Shown here in pieces: positions 1 to 8,851 of a stretch of 55,277 nt of DNA (its first letter is position 1; every line of letters starts with the position of its first letter). The notes beneath the pieces were generated by a model that did not search any database, was not told where the DNA came from, and saw only the letters and a list, made by a program, of their open reading frames with translations. Origin of the DNA: Candidatus Coprosoma sp. (lineage in GTDB: Bacteria > Bacillota_I > Bacilli_A > RF39 > UBA660). The position numbers and the translations under genes were made by a program. Location of the stretch: assembly GCA_963928595.1 (NCBI GenBank), contig CAWVFK010000014.1:1-55277 (forward strand). Reading direction: 5' to 3'.

Positions 1-151
1 AAATATTCTTCAATTATTTTTGCTTTTTCTTCTGGTGTTCTCATATTTTTCTTTCTCATAATTCCTCCTTCAATTATAATTTTATCACTAAAAAAGTAGA
101 CTTCTACCTTTTTTGTAGTTGTCTACTTTTATAATATCACTTCATTTCAGT

Positions 152-595
152 CTACTTCTTTTCTATTTTTTCTTTAACCAATTTACTAACTAATCCCATA
201 TCGGCTTTACCATTAACTAATGGTTTTAGTTCCTTCATAACTTTACCCATATCCTTAGAAGACTCTGGTTTAACTTCAGCAAATACTTTATCAATTACTT
301 CATTTAATTCTTCTTCAGTTAATTGTTTTGGAAGATATTCTGATAAAATATCAATTTCCGCTTGAGTTTTTTGAACAAGGTCTTCTCTAGCCCCTTTTTC
401 AAATTCATTAATAGAATCTTTTCGTGATTTTATTTCCTTAGATATTACATCAATTACTTCTTCATCTGATAATTCGTGTTTTTTATTTAACTCGCTCATT
501 TGAATGGCACCTTTAACCATTCTGATAACGGCCAATCTTTCTTTATCCTGATTTTTCATGGCTGTTTTTAAATCTTCTAAAATTTGATTACGCAT
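152..595 (-). CDS. yqeY: GatB/YqeY domain protein
   Basis: LKTAMKNQDKERLAVIRMVK N-terminus and GKADMGLVS C-terminus are typical of YqeY; directly downstream of rpsU, as in Bacillus. Confidence 0.9.
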   Translation of the reverse strand: MRNQILEDLKTAMKNQDKERLAVIRMVKGAIQMSELNKKHELSDEEVIDVISKEIKSRKDSINEFEKGAREDLVQKTQAEIDILSEYLPKQLTEEELNEVIDKVFAEVKPESSKDMGKVMKELKPLVNGKADMGLVSKLVKEKIEKK

Positions 596-636
596 AATTC
601 CCCTCCTTTAGAAAAAAGCCATATAATGGCCTTCTT

Positions 637-840
637 TTAATATCCGCGATTTTCACGGCGGTTACGACGACGAGTGTTTTTAATGCCTTCTTTTTTAGCG
701 TTTCTTCTTCTAACTCCTGGTTTTAAGTAACCGTCTTGTTTTTCTCTTAATTGTGCTAGGGAGCCATCTTTACTATTGGCAGCTTTTAGGTTTCTTAATG
801 CACCATCAACATTGCCATTTCTAACTACTACTTTTGTCAT
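637..840 (-). CDS. rpsU: 30S ribosomal protein S21
   Basis: MTKVVVRNGNVDGALRNLK...YLKPGVRRR fits the S21 pattern; start moved to the ATG at 840 behind the GGGAGGG RBS; adjacent to yqeY. Confidence 0.85.
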   Translation of the reverse strand: MTKVVVRNGNVDGALRNLKAANSKDGSLAQLREKQDGYLKPGVRRRNAKKEGIKNTRRRNRRENRGY

Positions 841-920
841 AAAAATCCCTCCCTTCTTGGCTAAGGATATTATAACACGGTAATTATTCGTTTTCAAGGA
901 AAAATGTAAAAATATAATAG

Positions 921-942
921 AAAAAGTAAGCTTTCGCTTACT
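921..942 (-). terminator. Intrinsic terminator after the double-glycine peptide genes
   Basis: AGTAAGC-gaaa-GCTTACT hairpin followed by a T run on the minus strand, overlapping the stop codon at 938. Confidence 0.7.
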
Positions 943-1102
943 CTAGACTGCAAGTGGCACCGGATGTTATCCTTCTAAATGATGATCCAAGGCTTTTTCC
1001 AAGTTCGATTATAAGACTTAAACCTTTGACTATTGCATTGATGAAAGTAGCCGTAATTGAACCTCCATTAATCATTTTTAAATCTTGATCTTTAATAATC
1101 AT
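938..1102 (-). CDS. Double-glycine leader peptide precursor 2 (54 aa, not in the ORF track)
   Basis: Manual translation MIIKDQDLKMINGG-SITATFINAIVKGLSLIIELGKSLGSSFRRITSGATCSLE; GG-type leader; ATGA overlap with the upstream peptide; downstream of a C39 exporter. Confidence 0.8.
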   Translation of the reverse strand: MIIKDQDLKMINGGSITATFINAIVKGLSLIIELGKSLGSSFRRITSGATCSLE

Positions 1103-1233
1103 TTACCACACTCTATTGGATTTAAAAATCCTTCTATAGCACTTATGATAAAGGTTATTACACCACCTAAGGCAGCCCAAAGGCCATAACCTCCGCCACT
1201 CACTTGCATTAGTTCCCTATTACTTAAATTCAT
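1099..1233 (-). CDS. Double-glycine leader peptide precursor 1 (44 aa, class II bacteriocin/pheromone-like, not in the ORF track)
   Basis: Manual translation MNLSNRELMQVSGG-GYGLWAALGGVITFIISAIEGFLNPIECGK; RBS AAAGGGG; LSxxELxxVxGG leader consensus. Confidence 0.85.
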   Translation of the reverse strand: MNLSNRELMQVSGGGYGLWAALGGVITFIISAIEGFLNPIECGK

Positions 1234-1244
1234 AAATCCCCTTT

Positions 1245-3251
1245 CTAGTTATTACGCGTAGTATCAACAACCACTTTTCCTTTTTGTAATTTGATATACT
1301 TGTCAAATAAATCCAAATTATCTAATCTATGTGAAATGTAAATTATAGTTTTATATTTGTAAGTTTTCATCAGTTTTTTTAAAATCCTCCTTTCCATATC
1401 TACACTTACTTGATTTAATCCTTCATCAATAATGATAATGTCAAAATTATTTAAAGCGCGAGCTAAGACAATACGCTGTTTTTGACCACCAGATAAATTA
1501 AATCCATCTTCTTCAATTATCTGATAATAATTTCCTTTTACAAATTTATCTATTTCACATATTTTAGTGTTTTTAGGATTTTTCTTTTTTAAGTTTAAAT
1601 TATCTTCTAAGGTTCCCGTAAATAGTATTTCTTTTTGAGAAACATATAAAATATTATTAAAATTATATTTTTTTATTTCTTTCTCTCCTATTTTCACACT
1701 ACCTTGATAATCTTGATAGTAACCTTTGATAATTTTAAATAATGTGGATTTACCACTACCACTATCACCTGTTACCATAACTTTACTTGATTTAGATATT
1801 TTTAAATTAAGTTTTTTTAAAACATGATTATCTTGGTTAAATATATAATTTAAGTTAGTAATAACAATATCACCATTTGCTTTAATAGGTTTTATGTTTT
1901 CTGATTTTTTGGTAGTTAATTCGGTTATATTGCTTAAAGCTGTTTTAACCTCATTTATTTGATAGCTAAAGTTAAAAAGATTTTTAAATGAAGATATAAG
2001 TAATGAAGATAAAATAAACAAAGTGACAAAAAGCGTTATATCACTATTACTTTTTTTTATGATAAATATGACAATTAGAAATGTACTTAAAGTTTCTAAC
2101 ATGTTCTTTAATAAATTATGATTTCCCTCATTTGTAGATAATTTCTTTTGACTGTTTATAAAATTTTGATATTTGTGATTAAATGTATTATATATTTTAG
2201 GAGTAATATTTAAATTTTTAATAGTTTCAAAGCCCACGATACTTTCTACAATGTATGAACTATTTAAAGCTTTTGTTCTAATCATTTCTGAGATCCATAC
2301 TTTTTGTTTTTTTTGGTAAATCGAAGTAATTAGTGAGAAAAGTAAAACACTGATAAAAGATATTATTAAGACAGAAGGATCAATACAAAAAATGATTATA
2401 CTTATAATTAAAATTAATGGGATTTCGAGAAAAACTATTTGAATAAACTCATTTATAGCATTTCTAATTATCGAAAGATCATTAAAGTAACTTGTGATTT
2501 CTCCAGTGGTTTTACGGCGGTAATAACGATAAGGAAGGTTTAAAATATTTTTAAAAATATCCATGGATAATTCTTGATCGAGCTTTATATTAAAATTTAA
2601 AAGCAACTTGTCTTTAAAGAAAGATAAAAGGTTTTTGGTAACAAAAATTAAAGAAAAAATTAGAAGCAGGTTTGTGACATTTTTTTTACTATTAATAATA
2701 GCTGGTATAAAAAGTGAAGTTAAAAGTGAAAAGATACTAACGATTATAGAAAAGACATAGATAATAATTACTAATTTTGAATGTTTTTTTATATAACGAA
2801 ACAGAAATTTTATAACTTGAGGCTCTGGTTCAGACACAATTTTGGAAATTGGCCTCATTTGAATAGTAACTCCACTCCATATTTGATAAAAATCTTTAAA
2901 GGACATTGTTTTTAAGTTTGTAGCAGGATCGGCAATGAATAAAGTTTTTCGTTTTGGATTTACCTTATAGATGACAATGTAATGTTTGTAGGAGCCATTA
3001 ACAGTTACATGTGCGATACAAGGTAATTTGAGATTCAAAACATCTTGTGATTTTATTCCGACACTTTTAAAACCTAAAGAATTCAATGTTTCTTTGATAT
3101 TATAAGCGGTTGTACCATTTTTATTGGTATTCATCATCTCACTTAGCTTGTCCATATTTACATACCCGTGATAGGACTTTAATATCATCTGCACACAGGC
3201 TGGACCACAATCTTTAATTCCACATTGCTTGACAAAAGGATATTTTCTAAT
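1245..3251 (-). CDS. Peptidase C39-containing ABC transporter (PCAT, ComA/SunT-like)
   Basis: The C39 motif VKQCGIKDCGPAC lies upstream of the GTG called by the ORF track; His in HYIVIY; TM domain; Walker A GDSGSGKST, LSGGQ, ISHRL. Start inferred at ATT 3251 (or ATA 3254) behind AGGGAGGTG. Confidence 0.9.
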   Translation of the reverse strand: MRKYPFVKQCGIKDCGPACVQMILKSYHGYVNMDKLSEMMNTNKNGTTAYNIKETLNSLGFKSVGIKSQDVLNLKLPCIAHVTVNGSYKHYIVIYKVNPKRKTLFIADPATNLKTMSFKDFYQIWSGVTIQMRPISKIVSEPEPQVIKFLFRYIKKHSKLVIIIYVFSIIVSIFSLLTSLFIPAIINSKKNVTNLLLIFSLIFVTKNLLSFFKDKLLLNFNIKLDQELSMDIFKNILNLPYRYYRRKTTGEITSYFNDLSIIRNAINEFIQIVFLEIPLILIISIIIFCIDPSVLIISFISVLLFSLITSIYQKKQKVWISEMIRTKALNSSYIVESIVGFETIKNLNITPKIYNTFNHKYQNFINSQKKLSTNEGNHNLLKNMLETLSTFLIVIFIIKKSNSDITLFVTLFILSSLLISSFKNLFNFSYQINEVKTALSNITELTTKKSENIKPIKANGDIVITNLNYIFNQDNHVLKKLNLKISKSSKVMVTGDSGSGKSTLFKIIKGYYQDYQGSVKIGEKEIKKYNFNNILYVSQKEILFTGTLEDNLNLKKKNPKNTKICEIDKFVKGNYYQIIEEDGFNLSGGQKQRIVLARALNNFDIIIIDEGLNQVSVDMERRILKKLMKTYKYKTIIYISHRLDNLDLFDKYIKLQKGKVVVDTTRNN

Positions 3252-3343
3252 TATTTCACCTCCCTTATATTTTATATACGACGTTTTGAAGGTGAAATCC
3301 TTTAAAAAAATAAAATTTATTAAAAAAATGGTATTTTTACCAT

Positions 3344-3871
3344 TTATAAATTGTTTTTATATATTTTAATTTTTTTAGGGCCATAACTTTTTTCTTTGAT
3401 TAATTCGAGGTTGGTGTGAGGCTCACCTATCTCATATTCACAGATGACAATTCCATTTTCATTTAATAGGTCTCTTTCTTCAATTATGCGCAAGGACTTG
3501 TCTAATTGGTTTTCTTTATAAGGGGGGTCTAAAAAAATAATATCAAATTTTTTATCAGTTGTTTTTAAGAATTTTTTATAATCAATATGAATGATATTTA
3601 AAGTTTCTTCAAAATTTTGGCTATTTTCTTTAATGGTTTTAATAGCTTCTATATTATTATCAATTAAATAACACTCTTTAGCTCCATTACTTACGGCTTC
3701 TAAACCTAAGGCTCCACTACCGGCAAATAAATCCAAAACTATACTACCATGAATATAAATTTGAATCATACCAAATAATGATTCTTTAACTCTATCCATA
3801 GTAGGTCTCGTACCTTCAATATTAAATCCATTTAATTTTTTTCCTTTATATTTTCCACTTATAATGCGCAT
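3344..3871 (-). CDS. rsmD: 16S rRNA (guanine966-N2) methyltransferase
   Basis: MRIISGKYKG, TRPTMDRVKESLF, LDLFAGSGALG and DIIFLDPPY motifs. Confidence 0.95.
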   Translation of the reverse strand: MRIISGKYKGKKLNGFNIEGTRPTMDRVKESLFGMIQIYIHGSIVLDLFAGSGALGLEAVSNGAKECYLIDNNIEAIKTIKENSQNFEETLNIIHIDYKKFLKTTDKKFDIIFLDPPYKENQLDKSLRIIEERDLLNENGIVICEYEIGEPHTNLELIKEKSYGPKKIKIYKNNL

Positions 3872-3899
3872 AATTAATCACCGTTTATATTTTAACACA

Positions 3900-4121
3900 T
3901 TATTTGAAACTGACCAATATTTTTTCGAGCATTTCAAAGGTATTAAAGACTCTTTCTAATCTATCAACTTTTGATAGATGATATTCTCTTTTAACTTCTT
4001 CTTCAAATCTTTTAAATTCCCAAGGTGTTCTATTTAAGGTTTTATACCACTGAGCGTGCTGACGAAGATATCTTAGATAGTTTTCATTTTCTTTTATTTT
4101 AAATTGTAAGTCTAAAGTCAT
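3900..4121 (-). CDS. ylbE: YlbE-like protein
   Basis: YLRQHAQWYKTLNRTP resembles the YlbE IREQPIWYRRLSR pattern; follows ylbD. Confidence 0.75.
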   Translation of the reverse strand: MTLDLQFKIKENENYLRYLRQHAQWYKTLNRTPWEFKRFEEEVKREYHLSKVDRLERVFNTFEMLEKILVSFK

Positions 4122-4480
4122 TAATCATCAAAGTGTTTATATATTGGCCTTGGCTTATAATTATTAGTTTGAGGTGTTTGTTTATTCGATGACATATCTT
4201 GAAGTAAACTTAAAACTCTTTGTAAGCTAGTAACACCATTTTGAATACCATCTAAATCTAAGCCTTTAATAAAATTAGTCAAGTCAAAGTTAGTAGTTTG
4301 CTTTACCGGAGTACTTTCTTTGACTAGATAATCTTTCCAAGCTTCTTTGTCTTCACCATAGATATCATATATTTCATAAAATTGTTGCCAGGTCATTTTT
4401 CCATCTTTAACATGTTTTAAAAGAATTGGATTACTTTTAACAAAGTCTTTAAATTTTTCTTTTGTTTCCATATGTATCAC
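4121..4480 (-). CDS. ylbD: Spore coat protein YlbD-like
   Basis: FKDFVKSNP...TWQQFYEIYDIYGED matches the YlbD N-terminal pattern; ylbD-ylbE-rsmD order. Confidence 0.75.
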   Translation of the reverse strand: MIHMETKEKFKDFVKSNPILLKHVKDGKMTWQQFYEIYDIYGEDKEAWKDYLVKESTPVKQTTNFDLTNFIKGLDLDGIQNGVTSLQRVLSLLQDMSSNKQTPQTNNYKPRPIYKHFDD

Positions 4481-4537
4481 CTATATTAATATATTCATTA
4501 TATAGGAAAAAAACACACAATTTATAAAAAAACTTAA

Positions 4538-5041
4538 TTATGAATTTTGGACATAATTAAGTTTTACAGTTAAAGTTCCAGATAATTCTGTAGGTTGAGT
4601 TGTAACATTACTATTATATGCAATAGTGACATCATACTTTTGGCTTTCACCAGCTTTTAATAAATCGTTTTCGTTTATACCAGAGGTTGAAAAAACAATT
4701 GCAGGATTTTGGGATTCAGTCATGTTGATGCTTTCAACTTTGGCGTCGACTGTTCCTTCATTGGTGACTGTCACAGTATACGTCATACTGTCACCAGGAC
4801 TAGTTAAGTTTGTTTTAAACGTTGCAGAAGTGTCAGAAACTACTGGTTCAAAAGCTTTAGTGGCTTCGCCAATAATATTTTTAGTGGTAACATCTGTAAT
4901 TTTAATATCCCAATTACTATCGATATTTGCTGTGCCATTTATATTTAAAGTTGTCGAAAATGCAGCATAAGTTATAGCCATAATACAAACAATAGCTATT
5001 AAAAATGTTATAATAATATTATTTTTTTTCATCATACTCAC
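4538..5041 (-). CDS. SipW-type signal peptide, TasA/CalY-like secreted beta protein (dispersed paralog)
   Basis: Signal peptide ending TYAAF; LNINGTANI; SPGDSMTYTVTVTNEGT; C-terminal YVQ; clearly paralogous to the 17-19.6 kb array and to 45192..45704. Confidence 0.75.
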   Translation of the reverse strand: MSMMKKNNIIITFLIAIVCIMAITYAAFSTTLNINGTANIDSNWDIKITDVTTKNIIGEATKAFEPVVSDTSATFKTNLTSPGDSMTYTVTVTNEGTVDAKVESINMTESQNPAIVFSTSGINENDLLKAGESQKYDVTIAYNSNVTTQPTELSGTLTVKLNYVQNS

Positions 5042-5076
5042 CTATTTTAATTATAACACAATATAGAAAAAAAGTC

Positions 5077-5724
5077 CTATTCACTAGCACTTTTTTCACT
5101 CATTGACGCAACTTCAATTTTATTACCGTTATGAATTAGAGTTAAACTACCCTCAGTTTGATAGCCTAAATCTTCTTTATATTCTACTTCAAAATTATAT
5201 ATATAAGCATTATCATCGGTATTTTCGCCATAAGTATAGCTGTCATTTTTAACTTTAGTTACAGTAACTTTAGTAACTTCTGGTAAGGTTTGTTCACGAT
5301 CTCCATAAACGTCACTTTCAACTGTTTTATATACAGCGTCCATCGCATATTTTTCAAAGTCATTTTGATAATTAGCATAAACAAATTGTACTCCACCAAC
5401 ATCATTTTTACTGATTTTATTATCTAAACTAAAGAAATCAGCGATAAACATTTGGGCGACTAATTCAGAATATTTTTCTTCATCAACATCGTCAGTATTT
5501 AAAACTTTTTCTAATTCCTTAAATAGTTTTTTATAATATGCGGTGGCATTATCTCTTAGGGTATATCCATAGGCATCGATAGATGCGACTTCTTTAACTG
5601 CTTTAGTATCAACATCTTTGGCAGTTAGTTTACAGACGCCTAAAATGATACCCGAAATAATTAATACAAGTAGGATAATTAGAATAGCTACTCTTTTGAC
5701 GTTTATTTTACGTTTCTTTTTCAT
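5077..5724 (-). CDS. Membrane-anchored extracellular protein of unknown function
   Basis: Basic N-terminus, one TM helix, acidic ectodomain; ATGA overlap with the LTA synthase stop. Confidence 0.7.
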   Translation of the reverse strand: MKKKRKINVKRVAILIILLVLIISGIILGVCKLTAKDVDTKAVKEVASIDAYGYTLRDNATAYYKKLFKELEKVLNTDDVDEEKYSELVAQMFIADFFSLDNKISKNDVGGVQFVYANYQNDFEKYAMDAVYKTVESDVYGDREQTLPEVTKVTVTKVKNDSYTYGENTDDNAYIYNFEVEYKEDLGYQTEGSLTLIHNGNKIEVASMSEKSASE

Positions 5725-7769
5725 CTTTGCCCTCCTTTTATTACTTTATCTGACTCTTCAGTTTTCTTAATTAAGTCATGAACTATGATGTCATTAGAAA
5801 CCGCAATTTCTTTTTCAGCTATATCAGTATATTTAGATATGTAGTTTTTGTCAATAACAGAATCTTCGTCAAAGACAATTGCTTTGCCATTTTGACTATC
5901 ATAATACATTTTATCGGTAATCCAGTTTCCATTAGGGAAAATAACGTAGTGGTCATCAGTACTAAAGACATCGTGACCTAAAGCATATTTATCATAAATA
6001 CCAAGCATATTACCTAAGGTTGGAAGAACGTCGTACATGCCAGTTACTGTAGTAACTTCTGTATTGATTTTCTTCCTTAATTCTTTATCTTTAGTCCAGA
6101 TAATAAGTGGTACTTTACGATTAAGCTCATAATCATATTTAGTAAATTCTTTATAATTTGGATCACTACTTGAAAGTTTAGAGTCAGTTTCAGGGTTGTA
6201 GTTATAGTAGTAATCATATTCTGATCTTTTGATTTTAGCATCGTGGTCACCATAGATGACTAAGACAGTATTATCTAGTAATCCTTCTTTATCAAGCTCA
6301 TCGACAAGTTCACCAATGGCCTCATCAGCATAATGTGCGGTTGTAAAGTAATGTCCTAAAGTTGTGTTTGATAAATAATCATTGACAACTTCGGTTTGTT
6401 CACCAGTAACTTCGTCAGTTTTAGTGTAATGATATGTTAAATCTAAATCAGTTTGATCTTCTAATCCTTCAAATGGGGTATGATTTGTAAGCATGATCAA
6501 AGTTCCATAATATTTATCATGTTTTTTAGCAATATTTTTTATTTTTTGAACCGATTGTCTAAAGAAAGATTTATCTGAAAGGCCTAAGCCAATAACTTCA
6601 TCGATATCATAATCTTTATCATAGTAATAGAATTTATCGTATCCTAATTGTTTATGCATGACTTCCCTATTCCACATGTTTCCTTTGTTAGCATGCATAC
6701 TAAAGACATAATAATCTTCATTTTTTAAGAATTTTTGAATTGATGGATATTCTCTATCCCAGTAACTGACAAATACGGTACCACTACTTGCTGGAAGTAG
6801 AGATGTACTATAAGTAAATTCGGTATCACTACTTGTTCCAACACTTTCTTGAGCATAAAAGTTAGAAAAATACATACCTTCATCAGCTAATTTCTTTAAA
6901 TTAGGGGCAATAGCTTTTCCATTAATTTCAGTATCTAACAGATAATTTTGCATGCTTTCGGCATGAATAACAATGACATTTTTATCTTTAAATATATCCG
7001 TATATTTGTTGGTAGCATCTTCATGGGTATTTTCTGCATAATAATCTCGAAAGTATTTAGCAGCGGTATCATATCCAAATAAAGGACTAATTTGTGGTTT
7101 TAAGCTAGCAATTAAGTCATTTCCTTGATAGACATAAATACCGAACTTCATAACAACATATTCTCTATTCCATTGTTTATATAATCTACTAATATCCGTT
7201 CCAGTTAAAGTTGAAACGAAGAATCCTAAGACAATAGCAGCAGCTACTAAGACTTTTAAAACACTAACTCTAAGTTTGTCTTTAATTTTGATTTTTTCAT
7301 AATAACCATGTTTTAAAAGTTTACGATGAACAAATATTAAAGTTAATGGGGCCCAAATATAACAGAAATCTTTTAATTCCATAATAGTTTTTAAGGCACC
7401 AGTCACTCCTCCTAATTGAAGAGAAGTAGCTAAAAGTGAGAACGATGTAAATGAGACGTAGTTTGTATAATAAATAGAATTAATTAAACAAACTAAGGTC
7501 AAAACAATCGAACATGTCAGAAAATATTTAAATCTATTTTTAGGTTTGAAAAAATAAGCAAAAGCACCAACAAATAGAATAAAAGCTAAATCAGCCAATA
7601 TTGGAGATATGGCTGTATAATTTTTTACTGTTAAAAAACGAATCAAACATCCATTAATCAAGGAAGTTATGATAAATGTTGTAAATAAAACATTATTTTG
7701 GAAAAAATATATTACTTTGTCTTTAGACTTTTTTAGAATATTTAATAATCTATGACCAAATTTTTTCAT
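5721..7769 (-). CDS. ltaS: LTA synthase family protein (sulfatase-like)
   Basis: Five N-terminal TM segments; NVIVIHAESMQ, GTSSDTEF, LTNHTPF and YGDHD motifs; start at ATG 7769 behind GAGGTGG. Confidence 0.88.
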   Translation of the reverse strand: MKKFGHRLLNILKKSKDKVIYFFQNNVLFTTFIITSLINGCLIRFLTVKNYTAISPILADLAFILFVGAFAYFFKPKNRFKYFLTCSIVLTLVCLINSIYYTNYVSFTSFSLLATSLQLGGVTGALKTIMELKDFCYIWAPLTLIFVHRKLLKHGYYEKIKIKDKLRVSVLKVLVAAAIVLGFFVSTLTGTDISRLYKQWNREYVVMKFGIYVYQGNDLIASLKPQISPLFGYDTAAKYFRDYYAENTHEDATNKYTDIFKDKNVIVIHAESMQNYLLDTEINGKAIAPNLKKLADEGMYFSNFYAQESVGTSSDTEFTYSTSLLPASSGTVFVSYWDREYPSIQKFLKNEDYYVFSMHANKGNMWNREVMHKQLGYDKFYYYDKDYDIDEVIGLGLSDKSFFRQSVQKIKNIAKKHDKYYGTLIMLTNHTPFEGLEDQTDLDLTYHYTKTDEVTGEQTEVVNDYLSNTTLGHYFTTAHYADEAIGELVDELDKEGLLDNTVLVIYGDHDAKIKRSEYDYYYNYNPETDSKLSSSDPNYKEFTKYDYELNRKVPLIIWTKDKELRKKINTEVTTVTGMYDVLPTLGNMLGIYDKYALGHDVFSTDDHYVIFPNGNWITDKMYYDSQNGKAIVFDEDSVIDKNYISKYTDIAEKEIAVSNDIIVHDLIKKTEESDKVIKGGQR

Positions 7770-7865
7770 ATTCCACCTCAATTACTTTTAACATTATAGC
7801 ACGTTTTTTATATAAAAAAAAGTAGTTAAGATAACTTTAAGATTTGCTTTACTTTTTATATATAT

Positions 7866-7988
7866 AAAAAGTGGCGTCAAGCGCCACTAGGAGACTATTA
7901 CCTTTAATACTGGTTTGGATTCACAGTTAAATCTCTTCAGTACTAGTAGTCTGCGGATAAGCATATATCGGTAATAAATATATGCCCA
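7866..7988 (-). ncRNA. Candidate structured RNA (three stem-loops ending in an intrinsic terminator), family unassigned
   Basis: Hairpin 7961-7985, long interrupted stem 7892-7952, GC-rich GTGGCG/CGCCAC hairpin 7871-7887 followed by a T run on the minus strand. Confidence 0.35.
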
Positions 7989-8831
7989 CTATTTATTATT
8001 TTCTAATTTTTCTTTTTTATTCTGTTTTTTAAAGCGATTATATTCATCAGCATTGATGGCAATACCCATAACGAAGATATAAGCTAAGATATATATCCAG
8101 ATCATCATGACGATAATTCCGGAGATACTACCATAAAATAAGGTATAATTAGCCAAATGGGAAACGTAATATGAATAAATGGAAGTGGTTACTATCCAAC
8201 ACACGGTTGTAAATAAAGCTCCTTTATTCATATATTTACTCGATATCTTTTCATCTGGAGAAATGGTATATATAATTTTTAAAATCCAGAATATTAGGAC
8301 AAAAGCTATTGGCCATTTTAATAAAACGAAGATTAAGTAGATATTAGAACTTATAGAAGATAAAACTCCTACATTCATTATTTTTTCAATGATGATATTG
8401 CCATAAGCTAAGACGACAAATATAAAGATAAAAAGAAACATTAGTAGAATAATCATAAAGAAAGCTTTAACTCTATCTTTAACATAGTCATCGCTTTTAA
8501 TATTATAAAGTTCGTTTGAAGTGATAATTATTGAATATGTACCGTTGGAAACTAAGATAAAACCAACAATCATAAAGAAAAGAACATTTCCAGTAATATG
8601 ACTGCTTTCAATAAAAGGTAAAATTATTTGCATAACATTTTCTGGAATTATTTTTCCAATAGTATCGACTAAGGGCTCAATAAAAAACAGCATTTGAGAA
8701 CCAATATAACCAAATAAGGTTAATAATGGGAAAATAGCTAAAACAAGGAAAAAGGCAAGCTGTCCGGGTAATATTTTCATCTCCGGCATGGTGATTAGAT
8801 TAAATATTCGTTTTAAATAAGATTTTATCAT
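7989..8831 (-). CDS. YihY/virulence factor BrkB family membrane protein
   Basis: GQLAFFLVLAIFP, YTLFYGSISGIIVMMIWIY and six TM segments. Confidence 0.9.
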   Translation of the reverse strand: MIKSYLKRIFNLITMPEMKILPGQLAFFLVLAIFPLLTLFGYIGSQMLFFIEPLVDTIGKIIPENVMQIILPFIESSHITGNVLFFMIVGFILVSNGTYSIIITSNELYNIKSDDYVKDRVKAFFMIILLMFLFIFIFVVLAYGNIIIEKIMNVGVLSSISSNIYLIFVLLKWPIAFVLIFWILKIIYTISPDEKISSKYMNKGALFTTVCWIVTTSIYSYYVSHLANYTLFYGSISGIIVMMIWIYILAYIFVMGIAINADEYNRFKKQNKKEKLENNK

Positions 8832-8851
8832 ACTGCCTCTTCCCTTTCGTT

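Noticed and set aside
938-1233. Lanthipeptide, sactipeptide or other modified RiPP
   Set aside because: No LanM/LanBC, radical SAM or YcaO gene is adjacent, and each core has only one Cys
7895-7945. Hammerhead ribozyme reading of the structured element (CUGAAGA, stem II, CAAA, ACC/GGU-A)
   Set aside because: The essential G12 is C, stem I is about 6 nt out of register, and a competing helix sequesters CUG; kept only as an unassigned RNA candidate
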